From contig CAZSOS010000002.1 of assembly GCA_964608605.1 (NCBI GenBank), positions 36,601-100,600 of the forward strand: 64,000 nt of DNA, given 5' to 3'. The notes beneath the pieces are model-generated. The model ran no database searches. It saw only the letters and a program-made list of their open reading frames with translations, and was not told where the DNA came from. Positions 10,266 to 19,653 of the stretch are shown one piece after another (within the stretch, counting starts at the first letter, position 1; each line of letters starts with the position of its first letter). The stretch is from an uncultured Candidatus Saccharibacteria bacterium. GTDB lineage: Bacteria > Patescibacteriota > Minisyncoccia > Phycocordibacterales > UBA918. The translations under genes and the position numbers were made by a program.

Positions 10266-11108
10266 TTACAGGCCGTTGTTGCTCGCGAACGAGCTGGCCG
10301 AACCGGATGCCGAAGCATTGCCGCCGGCCGTCGACGTCGCGTCGGCCGAAACCGTCGAGCCCGTCGAGCCGCTCCACGAACCGGACATGATCCCAGAGAC
10401 GGTGGAGGCGGTAGCGCCTTCGTTCCAGGTATTGCCGTAGGCATTGGCATTACCGACAGTCGCGGCGTCAGCCGAAGCGTTGGAACCAGCCGAGACATTG
10501 GCCCCGGAGGGGCTGATATCCGTGCTGGACCAGACCGTGCCATCAGTCGACGCCGTCGATCTTCCCTGATTAGTGGAGCTCGCGCCCACGCTCGAGGAGG
10601 TATCGCCGGTAGAGACGTTGGTGGCCGACAGGAAACCGCCGCTGTACTGGAACCCGACCGTGCCGTTGCCGCCGCTCTGTGCGAAGGCGTTGCCCGCGCC
10701 GTTGCCGGGCGTGGCCTGACCGTTGTCGGTGCCCGCTGCCGCGCCGGTCGAGGCCAAGAACCCCGAACCGATCGAACTCGTCGAGCCGAGGAACCCGGAG
10801 ATCTGGCCCGAAGACCAGCCGGTCACCTCGTGCATGGCCGAGGAGCCGGCGCTACCGGAATTGCTGCCGGTCGCCTGCGCATCACCATGCGAGAAGCTGC
10901 CACCCCCCGTAGTCCAGCCGCCGGAGGACGAACCCGTCCCCGACCAGCCGGAACCGTTGCCCGTCTGGGTCGTTCCGTTGCTGGAGAAGGCGCCGCCGGC
11001 GCCGGACGAGCCGATCGAAGCCCAGCTGTCGGCCGCGGCCGCGCCACCCAGGAAGAGTGCCAGAGCCACGGCCGACGCGCCCGCCAGCATCGATTTGAAG
11101 AGATGCAT
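10266..11108 (-). CDS. secreted Gly/Ser/Thr/Asn-rich low-complexity protein
   Basis: Signal peptide MHLFKSMLAGASAVALALFLGGAAAADS, then 250 aa of G/S/T/N-rich sequence. Preferred over the antisense Arg-rich ORF 10218..11111. Confidence 0.5.
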   Translation of the reverse strand: MHLFKSMLAGASAVALALFLGGAAAADSWASIGSSGAGGAFSSNGTTQTGNGSGWSGTGSSSGGWTTGGGSFSHGDAQATGSNSGSAGSSAMHEVTGWSSGQISGFLGSTSSIGSGFLASTGAAAGTDNGQATPGNGAGNAFAQSGGNGTVGFQYSGGFLSATNVSTGDTSSSVGASSTNQGRSTASTDGTVWSSTDISPSGANVSAGSNASADAATVGNANAYGNTWNEGATASTVSGIMSGSWSGSTGSTVSADATSTAGGNASASGSASSFASNNGL

Positions 11109-11191
11109 TGAAAGAACCTTTCCGTTCGTTGTTCGAAAACACCGAGGCTTATGCCCCAGTGTTCACAAGTATACACATTTTTGAAAATTTG

Positions 11192-11566
11192 TCAACCCCC
11201 GCAGGCGGTAGCTGAGCCTTTGGAATCTTCCCTTTCTCCCAGGTGTCCTCGGCTATCGAGACACAGGTACCGGCCGGAGGTCATCCGGGTCTCGATGGCG
11301 TAAGAGTTGGCGTCGGCGGCGCAGGCGAATCCGGCCGGCAGACCCACGTCGCGGCAGAGGCCATCGTAGAAGCCGAGCCGTCCGTGATAGGCCTTGGCAC
11401 TGGCCTGAAGGCGCAGTAGGTGCGCCTTGGCCTGCTGGTCCGCGGTGTCCACTTCGGTATTCAGAAGAAACCAGGCCAAAAAGCCCACGCCGACGAGGAT
11501 GACCGCGACCAAAAGTACCTGGATCACCGTCACTAAATTACGATGCACGCGCATATGATGAATCAT
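11192..11566 (-). CDS. membrane-anchored hypothetical protein
   Basis: N-terminal TM segment VIQVLLVAVILVGVGFLAWFLL and several Cys residues in the ectodomain. Confidence 0.4.
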   Translation of the reverse strand: MIHHMRVHRNLVTVIQVLLVAVILVGVGFLAWFLLNTEVDTADQQAKAHLLRLQASAKAYHGRLGFYDGLCRDVGLPAGFACAADANSYAIETRMTSGRYLCLDSRGHLGEREDSKGSATACGG

Positions 11567-11625
11567 AACATTAGTGCCACCAAAGCAGTTAGGTCAGGGC
11601 GAAAGACTCTTGTAAGATATTCGTA

Positions 11626-12321
11626 ATGAAACCAGAAACCATCGTCATGTCGGTCGGCGGATCGCTGATCGTGCCTGACCAAATCGACACCGGCTTTTTA
11701 GCTTCCTTAAAACAATTCATCGAAACGGCGGTCGCCAAGGGCGACCGCCGTTTCGTCATTATTGCTGGCGGCGGCCGGACCGCCCGCCGTTATCAGGACG
11801 CTGCCGACTCGCTCCATCTTCTAAACAAGGAGGACCTCGACTGGATCGGCATCCACGCCACCCGCCTTAATGGCCATCTACTGCGCACCATCTTTAAAGA
11901 CGTGGCCCACCCGACGGTTATCACCAACCCCGACGAAGTCCTCGATGTGCCACACGATGTCAGCGTGATCATCGCTGCCGGTTATCGGCCGGGCGCTTCC
12001 ACCGACCTGAGGGCGATCCAAATAGCTGAGCGGGTGAGCGCTAAAAAAGTCATCAACCTCTCCAATATCGACCACGTTTATACCGCTGACCCGAAGACCG
12101 AACCGAACGCCACGCCGATCGAAGATATCACCTGGAGCGAGTTTCGAAAATTGATCCCGGCCGAGTGGGACCCGGGGCTCTCTTCCCCGTTTGACCCGAT
12201 CGCCGCCCGCGAAGCCTCCGATAAAGAGATCGAGGTAGCCTGCATCAATGGCGACAAGCTCAGTGAGTTGCAGAAATATCTAAATAACGAACCCTTTATC
12301 GGCACACGTATTCATATATAA
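11626..12321 (+). CDS. pyrH: uridylate (UMP) kinase, archaeal-type amino-acid-kinase fold
   Basis: SVGGSLIV, IIAGGGRTARRY, IDHVYTADPKTEPNA and the TD..A..IAE motif match archaeal-type PyrH. Confidence 0.7.
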   Translation: MKPETIVMSVGGSLIVPDQIDTGFLASLKQFIETAVAKGDRRFVIIAGGGRTARRYQDAADSLHLLNKEDLDWIGIHATRLNGHLLRTIFKDVAHPTVITNPDEVLDVPHDVSVIIAAGYRPGASTDLRAIQIAERVSAKKVINLSNIDHVYTADPKTEPNATPIEDITWSEFRKLIPAEWDPGLSSPFDPIAAREASDKEIEVACINGDKLSELQKYLNNEPFIGTRIHI

Positions 12322-12324
12322 AAA

Positions 12325-12358
12325 GAAAACGCGCCGCCACAAAGTGGCGGCGCGCGGA
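12325..12358. terminator. bidirectional terminator hairpin (CGCGCCGCCAC-AAA-GTGGCGGCGCG) between convergent genes
   Basis: An 11-bp GC stem with a flanking A-run and T-run. Confidence 0.6.
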
Positions 12359-12367
12359 AGAAAAGAA

Positions 12368-12802
12368 CTACGACCGAGCCACGAAAGCGTACCCGGCGCC
12401 CACTTTTATGGGGTCATGCCTGGACAAGAATGTCTGCGGATCCTGACCGATCGCCCTACGAGTTCCCCGCTTGATCCAACCATCCTTAGGACCAGCGCCG
12501 TTCGGCTCGAACAGACGCAAGCGAGCGTTCCAGGACTCAATGGTCCCCGGCTCATGACCCTCGTCACGCAAAATCAGTCTTTCCATCTCCTCAACAGAAT
12601 AGACCGCCACCGGCGCCGGTTCGTTCGGATCCCAATCTTCGCGCTCCACCAACCGAGCCGGCTGGCCGGCAGGGGCATCCGTATCCGGTTCGTACCGGCG
12701 AGAACGTTCCGCGAAATACGCCGCGGTATCGGGTTCGTAGCCGTCAGCCAAAAGAGACTGATGCGCTTCTTCGATGGAAACGGTTACCTTATTGCAGTAC
12801 AT
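12368..12802 (-). CDS. hypothetical protein (144 aa)
   Basis: ORF with acidic, Pro-rich composition and no recognisable motif. Confidence 0.35.
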   Translation of the reverse strand: MYCNKVTVSIEEAHQSLLADGYEPDTAAYFAERSRRYEPDTDAPAGQPARLVEREDWDPNEPAPVAVYSVEEMERLILRDEGHEPGTIESWNARLRLFEPNGAGPKDGWIKRGTRRAIGQDPQTFLSRHDPIKVGAGYAFVARS

Positions 12803-12825
12803 CTTTTCCTCCTGCTCTCAGTTTT

Positions 12826-12866
12826 GAAAGAACGATACCGAAACCAAACAAGGCCTCCCGTGAAGG
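12826..12866 (-). terminator. strong hairpin (ACCAAACAAGGCCTCC/GGAGGCCTTGTTTGGT, 16 bp); probable terminator of the upstream kinase gene
   Basis: Perfect 16-bp inverted repeat followed on the minus strand by a T-rich tract. Confidence 0.45.
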
Positions 12867-13144
12867 AGGCCTTGTTTGGTCCGGCGATTTATTTGAACCT
12901 ACCGGATGTTCACAAGACCTCCCCTCCTAAAGAGGAGAAACTGGACCACGAGGATCCATGAGGTCTTAGAACTTAAGGCGTTCATGATTCGAGAGTACTC
13001 CCGCCGCCAGAATGTGTCAACTTAGCCTGTGTATAAATACTATCCACGTATATATCCATATGGAGCTATACGTGGATAGTGGCGGCCAAAAAGAATCCGG
13101 TGTAAAGGCGGGTTCGTTGGCACTTGAGCCAACGAGTAATTTCA

Positions 13145-13699
13145 TCAGCGGCTGAACTTCTCTAAAAACACCTCCACTTCCTTGAAGAGCGCCTCGGTAT
13201 CGTTATCGTTATAGATAGTATGATCGGCCAGCTTCATGACGGCGGCGATATTCTGCTGGTGTGGCTCGGTACCGTGCATTTCCGTCTCCTCCTGCTCCAC
13301 GAACTTCGAAAAGGTCACGTGGTCCAAGGCGCTACCGCGTCCATGGATACGGTCGTAGCGCAGCTTTTGGTCGGCATCGACGGCTAAGAGGAGCGCGGAG
13401 TCGTGCTCGCGCAACGCCTTCACTTCCCCCAAGGTGCGCAAGGACTCGATGATCACGTTACCGCCCTGTTCCTGAGCTTTTTTGAACAGCTCCCGGAACA
13501 CGAAATCGGCACCGTGCTTGGCCCGCAGTCCATTGGCGAAGACGGCCATGGAGTCGCGATCTATCGGCAACCCGGCTTGCTCCATCAGCTCCTGGAATAA
13601 CGCGCGGGCGGAGAGGTGATGAAAACCTTTGGTCTCGACCAAGTACTTCACCACGGTTCCTTTTCCGGCTCCTAACGTGCCCGTTATTCCAATGATCAT
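13145..13699 (-). CDS. P-loop nucleoside-monophosphate kinase family protein (adenylate-kinase/CoaE-like)
   Basis: The Walker A motif GTLGAGKGT resembles the AK signature GxPGxGKGT. A conserved Arg lies in VDADQKLRYDRIHGRG. Confidence 0.45.
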   Translation of the reverse strand: MIIGITGTLGAGKGTVVKYLVETKGFHHLSARALFQELMEQAGLPIDRDSMAVFANGLRAKHGADFVFRELFKKAQEQGGNVIIESLRTLGEVKALREHDSALLLAVDADQKLRYDRIHGRGSALDHVTFSKFVEQEETEMHGTEPHQQNIAAVMKLADHTIYNDNDTEALFKEVEVFLEKFSR

Positions 13700-13704
13700 T
13701 TGCT

Positions 13705-14655
13705 TTAACTTTTTATCGGCTTATGTTTCTGATATTTCTCGATCACCACTAGCATCGGCGCCGCCAAAAGGATGGAAGAGTAGGTACCGGCGACCATGCC
13801 GACGGTCAGGGTGATGGCCAGCTCCTTGGTGGATTCCGGACCCAAGAAGGCCAGAGCGAACAGCATGAAGAGCACAGTCACCGAGGTGTTGACCGATCGG
13901 GTGATGGTCTGCGATAGGCTCCGCCAGACCACGTCGCCGAAAGGTTCGCGGACGCGCTTCTCCTCGTTTAGCTTCAGGTTCTCGCGGATGCGGTCAAAGA
14001 TGACGATGGTGTCGTTAATGGAGATGCCGAGAATGGTCAGCAGGGCCACGATGAATAGCGTTCCCACCTCGGAGCCATAGGCGTGGCCCAGATAGGCGTA
14101 GAGGCCGATCGGAATGATGACGTCGTGCGCCAACGTAACGATAGCTACCAGACCGTACTTCCAGGAAGGCACGTTGCCGCTCTCGGCGCTGCCGCCCACC
14201 CCGCGGAAGGCGATGGCGATATAGATGATGGTCGACAGGATGACCAGCGTGATGGCCCACCAAGCTTTGCGCACCAGCTCGCTGCCGATCGATGGGCCGA
14301 TCGAAGTGTAGCGGGTCTCCTCCAGAGGTCCGAAGGCGGTCAAGGCCTCAAGCAGGCCGGTCTTCTCTTCCGGGGAGAGCACCCGCTGCCGGAGGATGTA
14401 GTCAGAGTCGCCGGTAGGCTGCACCATCACCTCGCCGATGTCGAGCGCCGCCACGCGGGATTCGACCTCGCCGATGGACGGGCGCTCGGTCTCATAATGG
14501 ACCTGCAACAGCGAGCCCCCGGCCAGCTCCACGTTGGGCTTGAGACCCCACATGAACACGGTCAATAGCGACAGCGCCACCAGGACCACCGGAAGGATGA
14601 AGAAATGATTTTGATATTTCTGAAGTTTCATCCCGTTAGAAATTTTAGTTTGCAT
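13705..14655 (-). CDS. secF: protein translocase subunit SecF
   Basis: Six-TM SecF pattern, with a periplasmic domain after TM1 and the C-terminal TM bundle. Confidence 0.8.
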   Translation of the reverse strand: MQTKISNGMKLQKYQNHFFILPVVLVALSLLTVFMWGLKPNVELAGGSLLQVHYETERPSIGEVESRVAALDIGEVMVQPTGDSDYILRQRVLSPEEKTGLLEALTAFGPLEETRYTSIGPSIGSELVRKAWWAITLVILSTIIYIAIAFRGVGGSAESGNVPSWKYGLVAIVTLAHDVIIPIGLYAYLGHAYGSEVGTLFIVALLTILGISINDTIVIFDRIRENLKLNEEKRVREPFGDVVWRSLSQTITRSVNTSVTVLFMLFALAFLGPESTKELAITLTVGMVAGTYSSILLAAPMLVVIEKYQKHKPIKS

Positions 14656-14674
14656 ATCTGAATTATTTTCGGGA

Positions 14675-16081
14675 TTATCGGGTGAATCCGGAACTCATAA
14701 GGAACTTGCCGAGCTTGGTATCGGTGTTGACGGGGATGGCCAAGAGGAGCGTGCGGGAAATGGCGATGGCCGAGATCATCGACACGAAGACGCCGATCAG
14801 AAGCACCAGCGCGAAGCCCTTGATGAGCGCCGTGCCGAACCAGAAAAGGATGATGGCGGCGATGATACTGGTAACGTTGGCGTCGCGGATGGCCAGCCAA
14901 GCGCGGGCGAAGCCCTCTTTGATGGCGTCATTGGATGATTTGCCGGCGCGGATCTCCTCCTTGATGCGCTCGGCGATCAGGATGTTGGCGTCGACGGCCA
15001 TGCCGACCGACAGGATGAGGCCGGCGATGCCGGCGGCGGTCAGAACGACCGGCACGAACTTGAAGAGGGCCAGCATCATGAGTAGATACATGACGAGGGC
15101 CAGGGCGGCGATCAGGCCGGGCAAGCGGTACCAGAAGATCATGAACCCGGCCAAGGCCAGGAAGCCGACCATGCCCGCGAAGACGCCGGCCTCTAGCGCC
15201 TCGGCGCCCAAAGAGGCTCCGATGGACTGGGTGCTGTCGAGATGGATCGGCATCGGCAGCGCGCCGAAGCTCAGGTTCTCGGCCAGGGAGCGGGCCTCTT
15301 GAGGCGTGAAGCCGCCGGAGATGACCGCCTGGCCGCCCGCGATGCGCTCGTTGATGCGCGGACCAGAGATCATCTCACCATCAAGGAAGATGGCCAGCCG
15401 CCGGCCGGTGTTGGCCGCGGTGATCTCCTCGAACAGCCTTGAGCCTTCGTCGTTCCAGGAAATGGCCACCACCGGCTCGTTAGAGAGGCCAGCGCCACTT
15501 CCCTGGCCGGCGAACTGCAGCTGGGCGGTCTTAAGGTAGCGGCCGGTCAGACCGGTCTCCACGTAAGGGTCGATGGTCTCGCCCACCGGAACCACCGTGG
15601 CGCCTTCCGCTCCTTCCAGCTGGATGGCTTCCAGAGCCTGCTGTTTGGCCAGGGCTTCCTCGTCGATGAGTTTGAACTCCAAGAGCGGGGTCTCGCCGAT
15701 CGACTTGATAGCTTCGTCGATGTCGGTCACGCCGGGCAGCTCGACGATGAGACGATGCTCTTCAGCGTCGGACACGGCGCTGCTTTTTTCCACCTGCACG
15801 TTCGGTTCGGAGACGCCGAAGATGTTGACGCGGCGTTCGATCACTTCGCGCAGCACGCTCATGAGCTCGGGCACGTCGGCCGGGTCGACGGCCGAAACGT
15901 CGGCCACGTACACGAGCTGGCTGCCGCCTGAGAGGTCAAGGCCGAGTTTGAACGGGTACTTGCTGTCCTCGTTCACCGTGGTCGAGTAGATGAAGTAGCC
16001 GAGCCCGAAGCCGATAAGCAGGACGATAAGGGCTTTAAAGAGGTTCACGATCATATTGCTGCCGTTAGTGTCTTTTTCCAT
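14675..16081 (-). CDS. secD: protein translocase subunit SecD
   Basis: SecD architecture with a large periplasmic loop and a C-terminal TM bundle, lying immediately upstream of secF. Confidence 0.8.
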   Translation of the reverse strand: MEKDTNGSNMIVNLFKALIVLLIGFGLGYFIYSTTVNEDSKYPFKLGLDLSGGSQLVYVADVSAVDPADVPELMSVLREVIERRVNIFGVSEPNVQVEKSSAVSDAEEHRLIVELPGVTDIDEAIKSIGETPLLEFKLIDEEALAKQQALEAIQLEGAEGATVVPVGETIDPYVETGLTGRYLKTAQLQFAGQGSGAGLSNEPVVAISWNDEGSRLFEEITAANTGRRLAIFLDGEMISGPRINERIAGGQAVISGGFTPQEARSLAENLSFGALPMPIHLDSTQSIGASLGAEALEAGVFAGMVGFLALAGFMIFWYRLPGLIAALALVMYLLMMLALFKFVPVVLTAAGIAGLILSVGMAVDANILIAERIKEEIRAGKSSNDAIKEGFARAWLAIRDANVTSIIAAIILFWFGTALIKGFALVLLIGVFVSMISAIAISRTLLLAIPVNTDTKLGKFLMSSGFTR

Positions 16082-16196
16082 AATTGAGGCCTAATATACT
16101 CCCACACTCACTTTTTTGCTACCCGTCCCGAAGGTATCCTTCTAACGCGACCTAGCAATAAGCGAGAAATATGAACCAAAAACTCTCCGAGCGCCC

Positions 16197-16988
16197 TTAG
16201 GCTGATAGTAGCGCCAGGTTCCGAAGGAGGACGGCGATGGTGATGGGGCCGATGCCGCCGGGGACGGGCGTGAAGAGAGCGCATTTGGAGGCGACCGCCG
16301 GATCGGCGTCACCGCGAAGTTCTCCGCCCGCTTCGCTGGTGCCGGCATCGAAGAGCATGACGCCGTCTTTGATCTTATCGGGAGTGATAAGTCCGGGCAC
16401 GCCAGCACCGGAGATGATGATATCGGCCGCGCGCAGCGACTCATCGGCGTTCGGCGTGCCCTTATCAAGGACGGTGACGGCGGCGCTTTGGGCTTCCGCC
16501 CACAGTGCCGCTGGAGCCCCCACCAAGCGGCCACGGCCGACCACCACCACCTGCTTGCCGGTCCAGTCTATTCCGTGCCTCTTTGAGATCTCGGCGATGG
16601 CCCCGACGACCGGCGGCAGGACGCCGTCGACGCCTCCATGGTAGCCAAGCGCGTCCACGTCCAATTCCGGCGGGATGGCGGCCACCAGTCGATCGGTGTC
16701 GAAATAGGGAGGAAAAGGCAGCTGCACGATGACGCCGTCGCACTGGCCGACCGCCGAGCGGATGACCCGCTCGGCGTCCTCGGTCGTGGCCTCTGGCTCC
16801 AGCTCGACCATCACCAGATCGATGCCGACCTCGGCGGCGCGCCGCTGTTTCAGTTCTAGATATTTCCTGGTCTCCGCGTTCGGCGCGCAAGCGAACACGT
16901 TCAGACACGGGGCCTTACCTCGGCCCGCCAGTCGAGACTTTATATCGGCGTATATCTCGGCCGCGATCTTTTTTCCGTCGACTAACAT
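16197..16988 (-). CDS. folD: bifunctional methylenetetrahydrofolate dehydrogenase / methenyl-THF cyclohydrolase
   Basis: The N-terminal DGKKIA, VVVVGRG..VG.P and other FolD family motifs are present. Confidence 0.8.
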   Translation of the reverse strand: MLVDGKKIAAEIYADIKSRLAGRGKAPCLNVFACAPNAETRKYLELKQRRAAEVGIDLVMVELEPEATTEDAERVIRSAVGQCDGVIVQLPFPPYFDTDRLVAAIPPELDVDALGYHGGVDGVLPPVVGAIAEISKRHGIDWTGKQVVVVGRGRLVGAPAALWAEAQSAAVTVLDKGTPNADESLRAADIIISGAGVPGLITPDKIKDGVMLFDAGTSEAGGELRGDADPAVASKCALFTPVPGGIGPITIAVLLRNLALLSA

Positions 16989-17007
16989 GATCGGTATCCT
17001 AGCACAC

Positions 17008-17919
17008 CTAAGAGACGCCTAGGTGGCGCTTCAGTTCGCTGACGCCAGCTTCGAGCTTGATGGACGATCCCCAGCCCAGCCACTCCTTGGCCCGGCCGAC
17101 ATCGGCCACCGAACGCCGCGGCTCTAGCCGAGGCTCGGCGCGCGTGACCGGACCGCCAATGAGATCAGCCAAGTCCCGCACCGACGTTTCCAGGCCGCTG
17201 CCGATATTCATCACCTCGCCCTTCCCCACCCGCTCGCTTTCGGCGGCCAGGATGTTGGCGCGGGCCACGTCCGCCACGTGCACGTAGTCGCGGGTATTGG
17301 TGCCGTCGCCGGCGATGGTCAAAGGCTGTCCTTGCCGGCGCAACTCCAGGAAGCGTCCGACCACCAGGGCATAGGCACCGCTCGGATCAAAACCCGGTCC
17401 GTAGACATTAAAATAGCGCAATGACACGGTCGGCAGTCCATAGAGCTCCGACCACAGCGCGCACATCTGTTCCCCCATAAGCTTATGCAATCCGTACGGA
17501 CTCTTCGGCGAGGGCGTCATACCCTCTTGAAGCGGCATTTGGTCCTGGTCTCCATACACCGCCGCCGAAGAGGAGAAGACCAGCTTGCGGACACCTGCCT
17601 GTCGCGCCGCCTCCAAGACCGCCAGCGTCCCGTCCACGTTCACGCTGGCCGTCTCCACGGGATGATCGATGGAATCCTGCACCCGCGGCAAGGCGGCTAG
17701 GTGGAACACCGCGTCCACGCCTTTGAACACCTCCGCTCGCGAGACGCTGTCGCGGATATCGAATTCCTCGTAACGCGCTTCTGGGACCAGGCGCGAGTCG
17801 ACGCGACCGGCGGCGAAGTTGTCGATCACGGTCACCTCTGTCCCTTGGTCTAATAGCGCCTTTGCCAGGTTGGAACCGATGAATCCGGCGCCGCCGGTGA
17901 TGATGGCTTTCTTTAACAT
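17008..17919 (-). CDS. NAD-dependent epimerase/dehydratase (UDP-glucose 4-epimerase-like)
   Basis: N-terminal TGGAGFIGSNL Rossmann motif and the YxxxK catalytic motif (SPYGLHK). Confidence 0.75.
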   Translation of the reverse strand: MLKKAIITGGAGFIGSNLAKALLDQGTEVTVIDNFAAGRVDSRLVPEARYEEFDIRDSVSRAEVFKGVDAVFHLAALPRVQDSIDHPVETASVNVDGTLAVLEAARQAGVRKLVFSSSAAVYGDQDQMPLQEGMTPSPKSPYGLHKLMGEQMCALWSELYGLPTVSLRYFNVYGPGFDPSGAYALVVGRFLELRRQGQPLTIAGDGTNTRDYVHVADVARANILAAESERVGKGEVMNIGSGLETSVRDLADLIGGPVTRAEPRLEPRRSVADVGRAKEWLGWGSSIKLEAGVSELKRHLGVS

Positions 17920-17925
17920 ATCTAT

Positions 17926-19278
17926 CTAAGTGCCGCTTCTCATGATCAGGATGCGCAAGGTCTTCAGCGCGATCTCCAAGTCCATGAAGAACGAGCGGCA
18001 GCGCAGGTAATGCAGGTCATAAGACAACTTGGTGGCGGTGCGTTCCATGTCCACTCCCTGCCGAGGCGCGTCGAGATGGCTGATCTGCGCCCAACCGGAA
18101 AGGCCCGGTTTCAGGAAGTGCCGCATGTTGTAGTAAGGGATCTCCTCAGCGTAGGCTGCCGCCAGAGCCGGCATCTCCGGCCGCGGACCGATGAAGGAAA
18201 GGTCGCCGATCAAGACATTCCACAACTGCGGCAACTCATCGAGCCGGGCGCGCCGGAGGAAGCGGCCGACCCGGGTCACCTTAAGCGTGCTCTGGAGCGC
18301 GGCCGCGCCCTTATCCTGCCCGGTCATGGTGCGGAACTTGATGATCCTAAGCGGCTGATTGAACTGGCCCACCCTTTCGGTCCTATAGAAGACCGGACCG
18401 CCGTCTTCGAGCTTGATGGCCAGGATGATGAAAGGATAAGCCAAGAGCGCGGGCAGCAGCAGCACGGCCGCTCCCGCCACGTCCATGATCCGCTTCATCA
18501 CGTCATACACCGGGGTGTTCGACTGAGAGACATGGTCGACGAACCAGTCATAGCGCAGAGACGACATCGGAATGCGATCGAAGGTGTCCTCATAGAGCTT
18601 GTAGAAGTCGATGAAGGTGAATTCGAATTTGAGGAAGGCCAGGTCGAAGATGGCCGGCAGGATGCGCTCGGTATGCTCGCCGCGCGGATTGGCCACGATG
18701 ATCTTCACCCCTTCGCGGTCGATCAACTCCAGGAGCTTCTGCTCAAAGTCTGGTGTGTGGACAATGGCCCGTTCGTCGATAATCCTTACAAATGAATAGT
18801 TGTAACGGTCGTTGTTGTTGATCTCGTCAGCCAATTCGATAGCTTCTTCGCCGTCAGCGATCAGAAGGGCCTTGTGGAGCGTCTTTGGGGAGAAGAAGTT
18901 GAAGAAATAGAGCCGCCAAGCGGTGATGAGCCCAATCGAGACGACCAGGTAGATGGCCAAGTTGGTCTTCGGCGCGATGCCGAAAGGAATGGTGGCGAAC
19001 AAGATAGCCGCCAGCACGATGTTGGCGATCTGGGTGTTGATGATGCGCGACAGGAGCGTGTTCTTGAGGAGCACCGTGTGCTTGTCGTATAAACCGGCGA
19101 TGTAGAAGACCAGGAGCCAGAGCGAGGACAGCAACAGGAAAGGACCAAAATGAGCATTAAGCCTTTCAGCTGATGGCCACTCGAGATAACGCACCAACAG
19201 GGTCAGCCACAGCGCCAGCGTGAAGCAGACCACGTCGCCCAATATCAGTATGAATAATTCCCGTGTCCTTTCACCCAT
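17926..19278 (-). CDS. polyprenyl-phosphate sugar phosphotransferase (bacterial sugar transferase, WbaP/CpsE-like)
   Basis: N-terminal TM helices and the C-terminal catalytic domain with DELPQLWNVLIGDLSFIGPRP. The start was chosen at MGERTREL. Confidence 0.75.
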   Translation of the reverse strand: MGERTRELFILILGDVVCFTLALWLTLLVRYLEWPSAERLNAHFGPFLLLSSLWLLVFYIAGLYDKHTVLLKNTLLSRIINTQIANIVLAAILFATIPFGIAPKTNLAIYLVVSIGLITAWRLYFFNFFSPKTLHKALLIADGEEAIELADEINNNDRYNYSFVRIIDERAIVHTPDFEQKLLELIDREGVKIIVANPRGEHTERILPAIFDLAFLKFEFTFIDFYKLYEDTFDRIPMSSLRYDWFVDHVSQSNTPVYDVMKRIMDVAGAAVLLLPALLAYPFIILAIKLEDGGPVFYRTERVGQFNQPLRIIKFRTMTGQDKGAAALQSTLKVTRVGRFLRRARLDELPQLWNVLIGDLSFIGPRPEMPALAAAYAEEIPYYNMRHFLKPGLSGWAQISHLDAPRQGVDMERTATKLSYDLHYLRCRSFFMDLEIALKTLRILIMRSGT

Positions 19279-19461
19279 ATATTTATTTACAGTATCCCTA
19301 AAGTATAGCAAAACCGGGAAAGAGAAAAGACCGGCGCGCACGCGCGCCGGTCTTTTCTCTACTTATTTATCTTTTCATTATAGCACATTTTATATAAAAA
19401 TACAAGTGTCGGTCAAACAGCCTGCCAGGGTTATCATTGAACGATGATTAACTATCGAGTC

Positions 19462-19482
19462 TATACTAGTCAGACTAGTATA
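19462..19482. repeat. REP-like 21-bp palindrome TATACTAGTCAGACTAGTATA (copy 1)
   Basis: Perfect palindrome of the same consensus as the copies flanking the RAYT gene at 32.1-33.1 kb. Confidence 0.8.
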
Positions 19483-19653
19483 AAGAAGGTTTTATATCTG
19501 ATCACCAAGTCAAATTGGGGTGAGAAGCTCCGGGGGAGCTTCGCAAGACTCATTGAGATATTTTTGGAGTGCGGAGCTTGCGAACAAAAATATCCAATGA
19601 GTGGACAGCTTCTGTAAGAAGGGGCGCAGCTCCGCATCAATTACTCTCCTGTT

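Noticed and set aside
10218-11111. 297-aa plus-strand ORF (Arg/Gly/Ala-rich) and several other long overlapping ORFs in all frames across 9.86-11.2 kb
   Set aside because: The region is ~70% GC so every frame is open. The minus-strand ORFs have signal peptides and coherent low-complexity composition. The plus-strand product is an Arg-rich mirror artefact.
12960-13140. Hidden small gene in the low-GC gap upstream of the kinase gene
   Set aside because: No ORF with a start and RBS. The region is better explained by palindromic regulatory sites and hairpins.
14682-15302. Antisense ORFs within secD, the sugar transferase (18010..18795), ftsK (37570..38448), ileS (53783..54273 and others), glyS, and the membrane protein (61993..62670)
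   Set aside because: Each lies opposite a well-supported conserved gene. Their composition is typical of GC-rich antisense frames.
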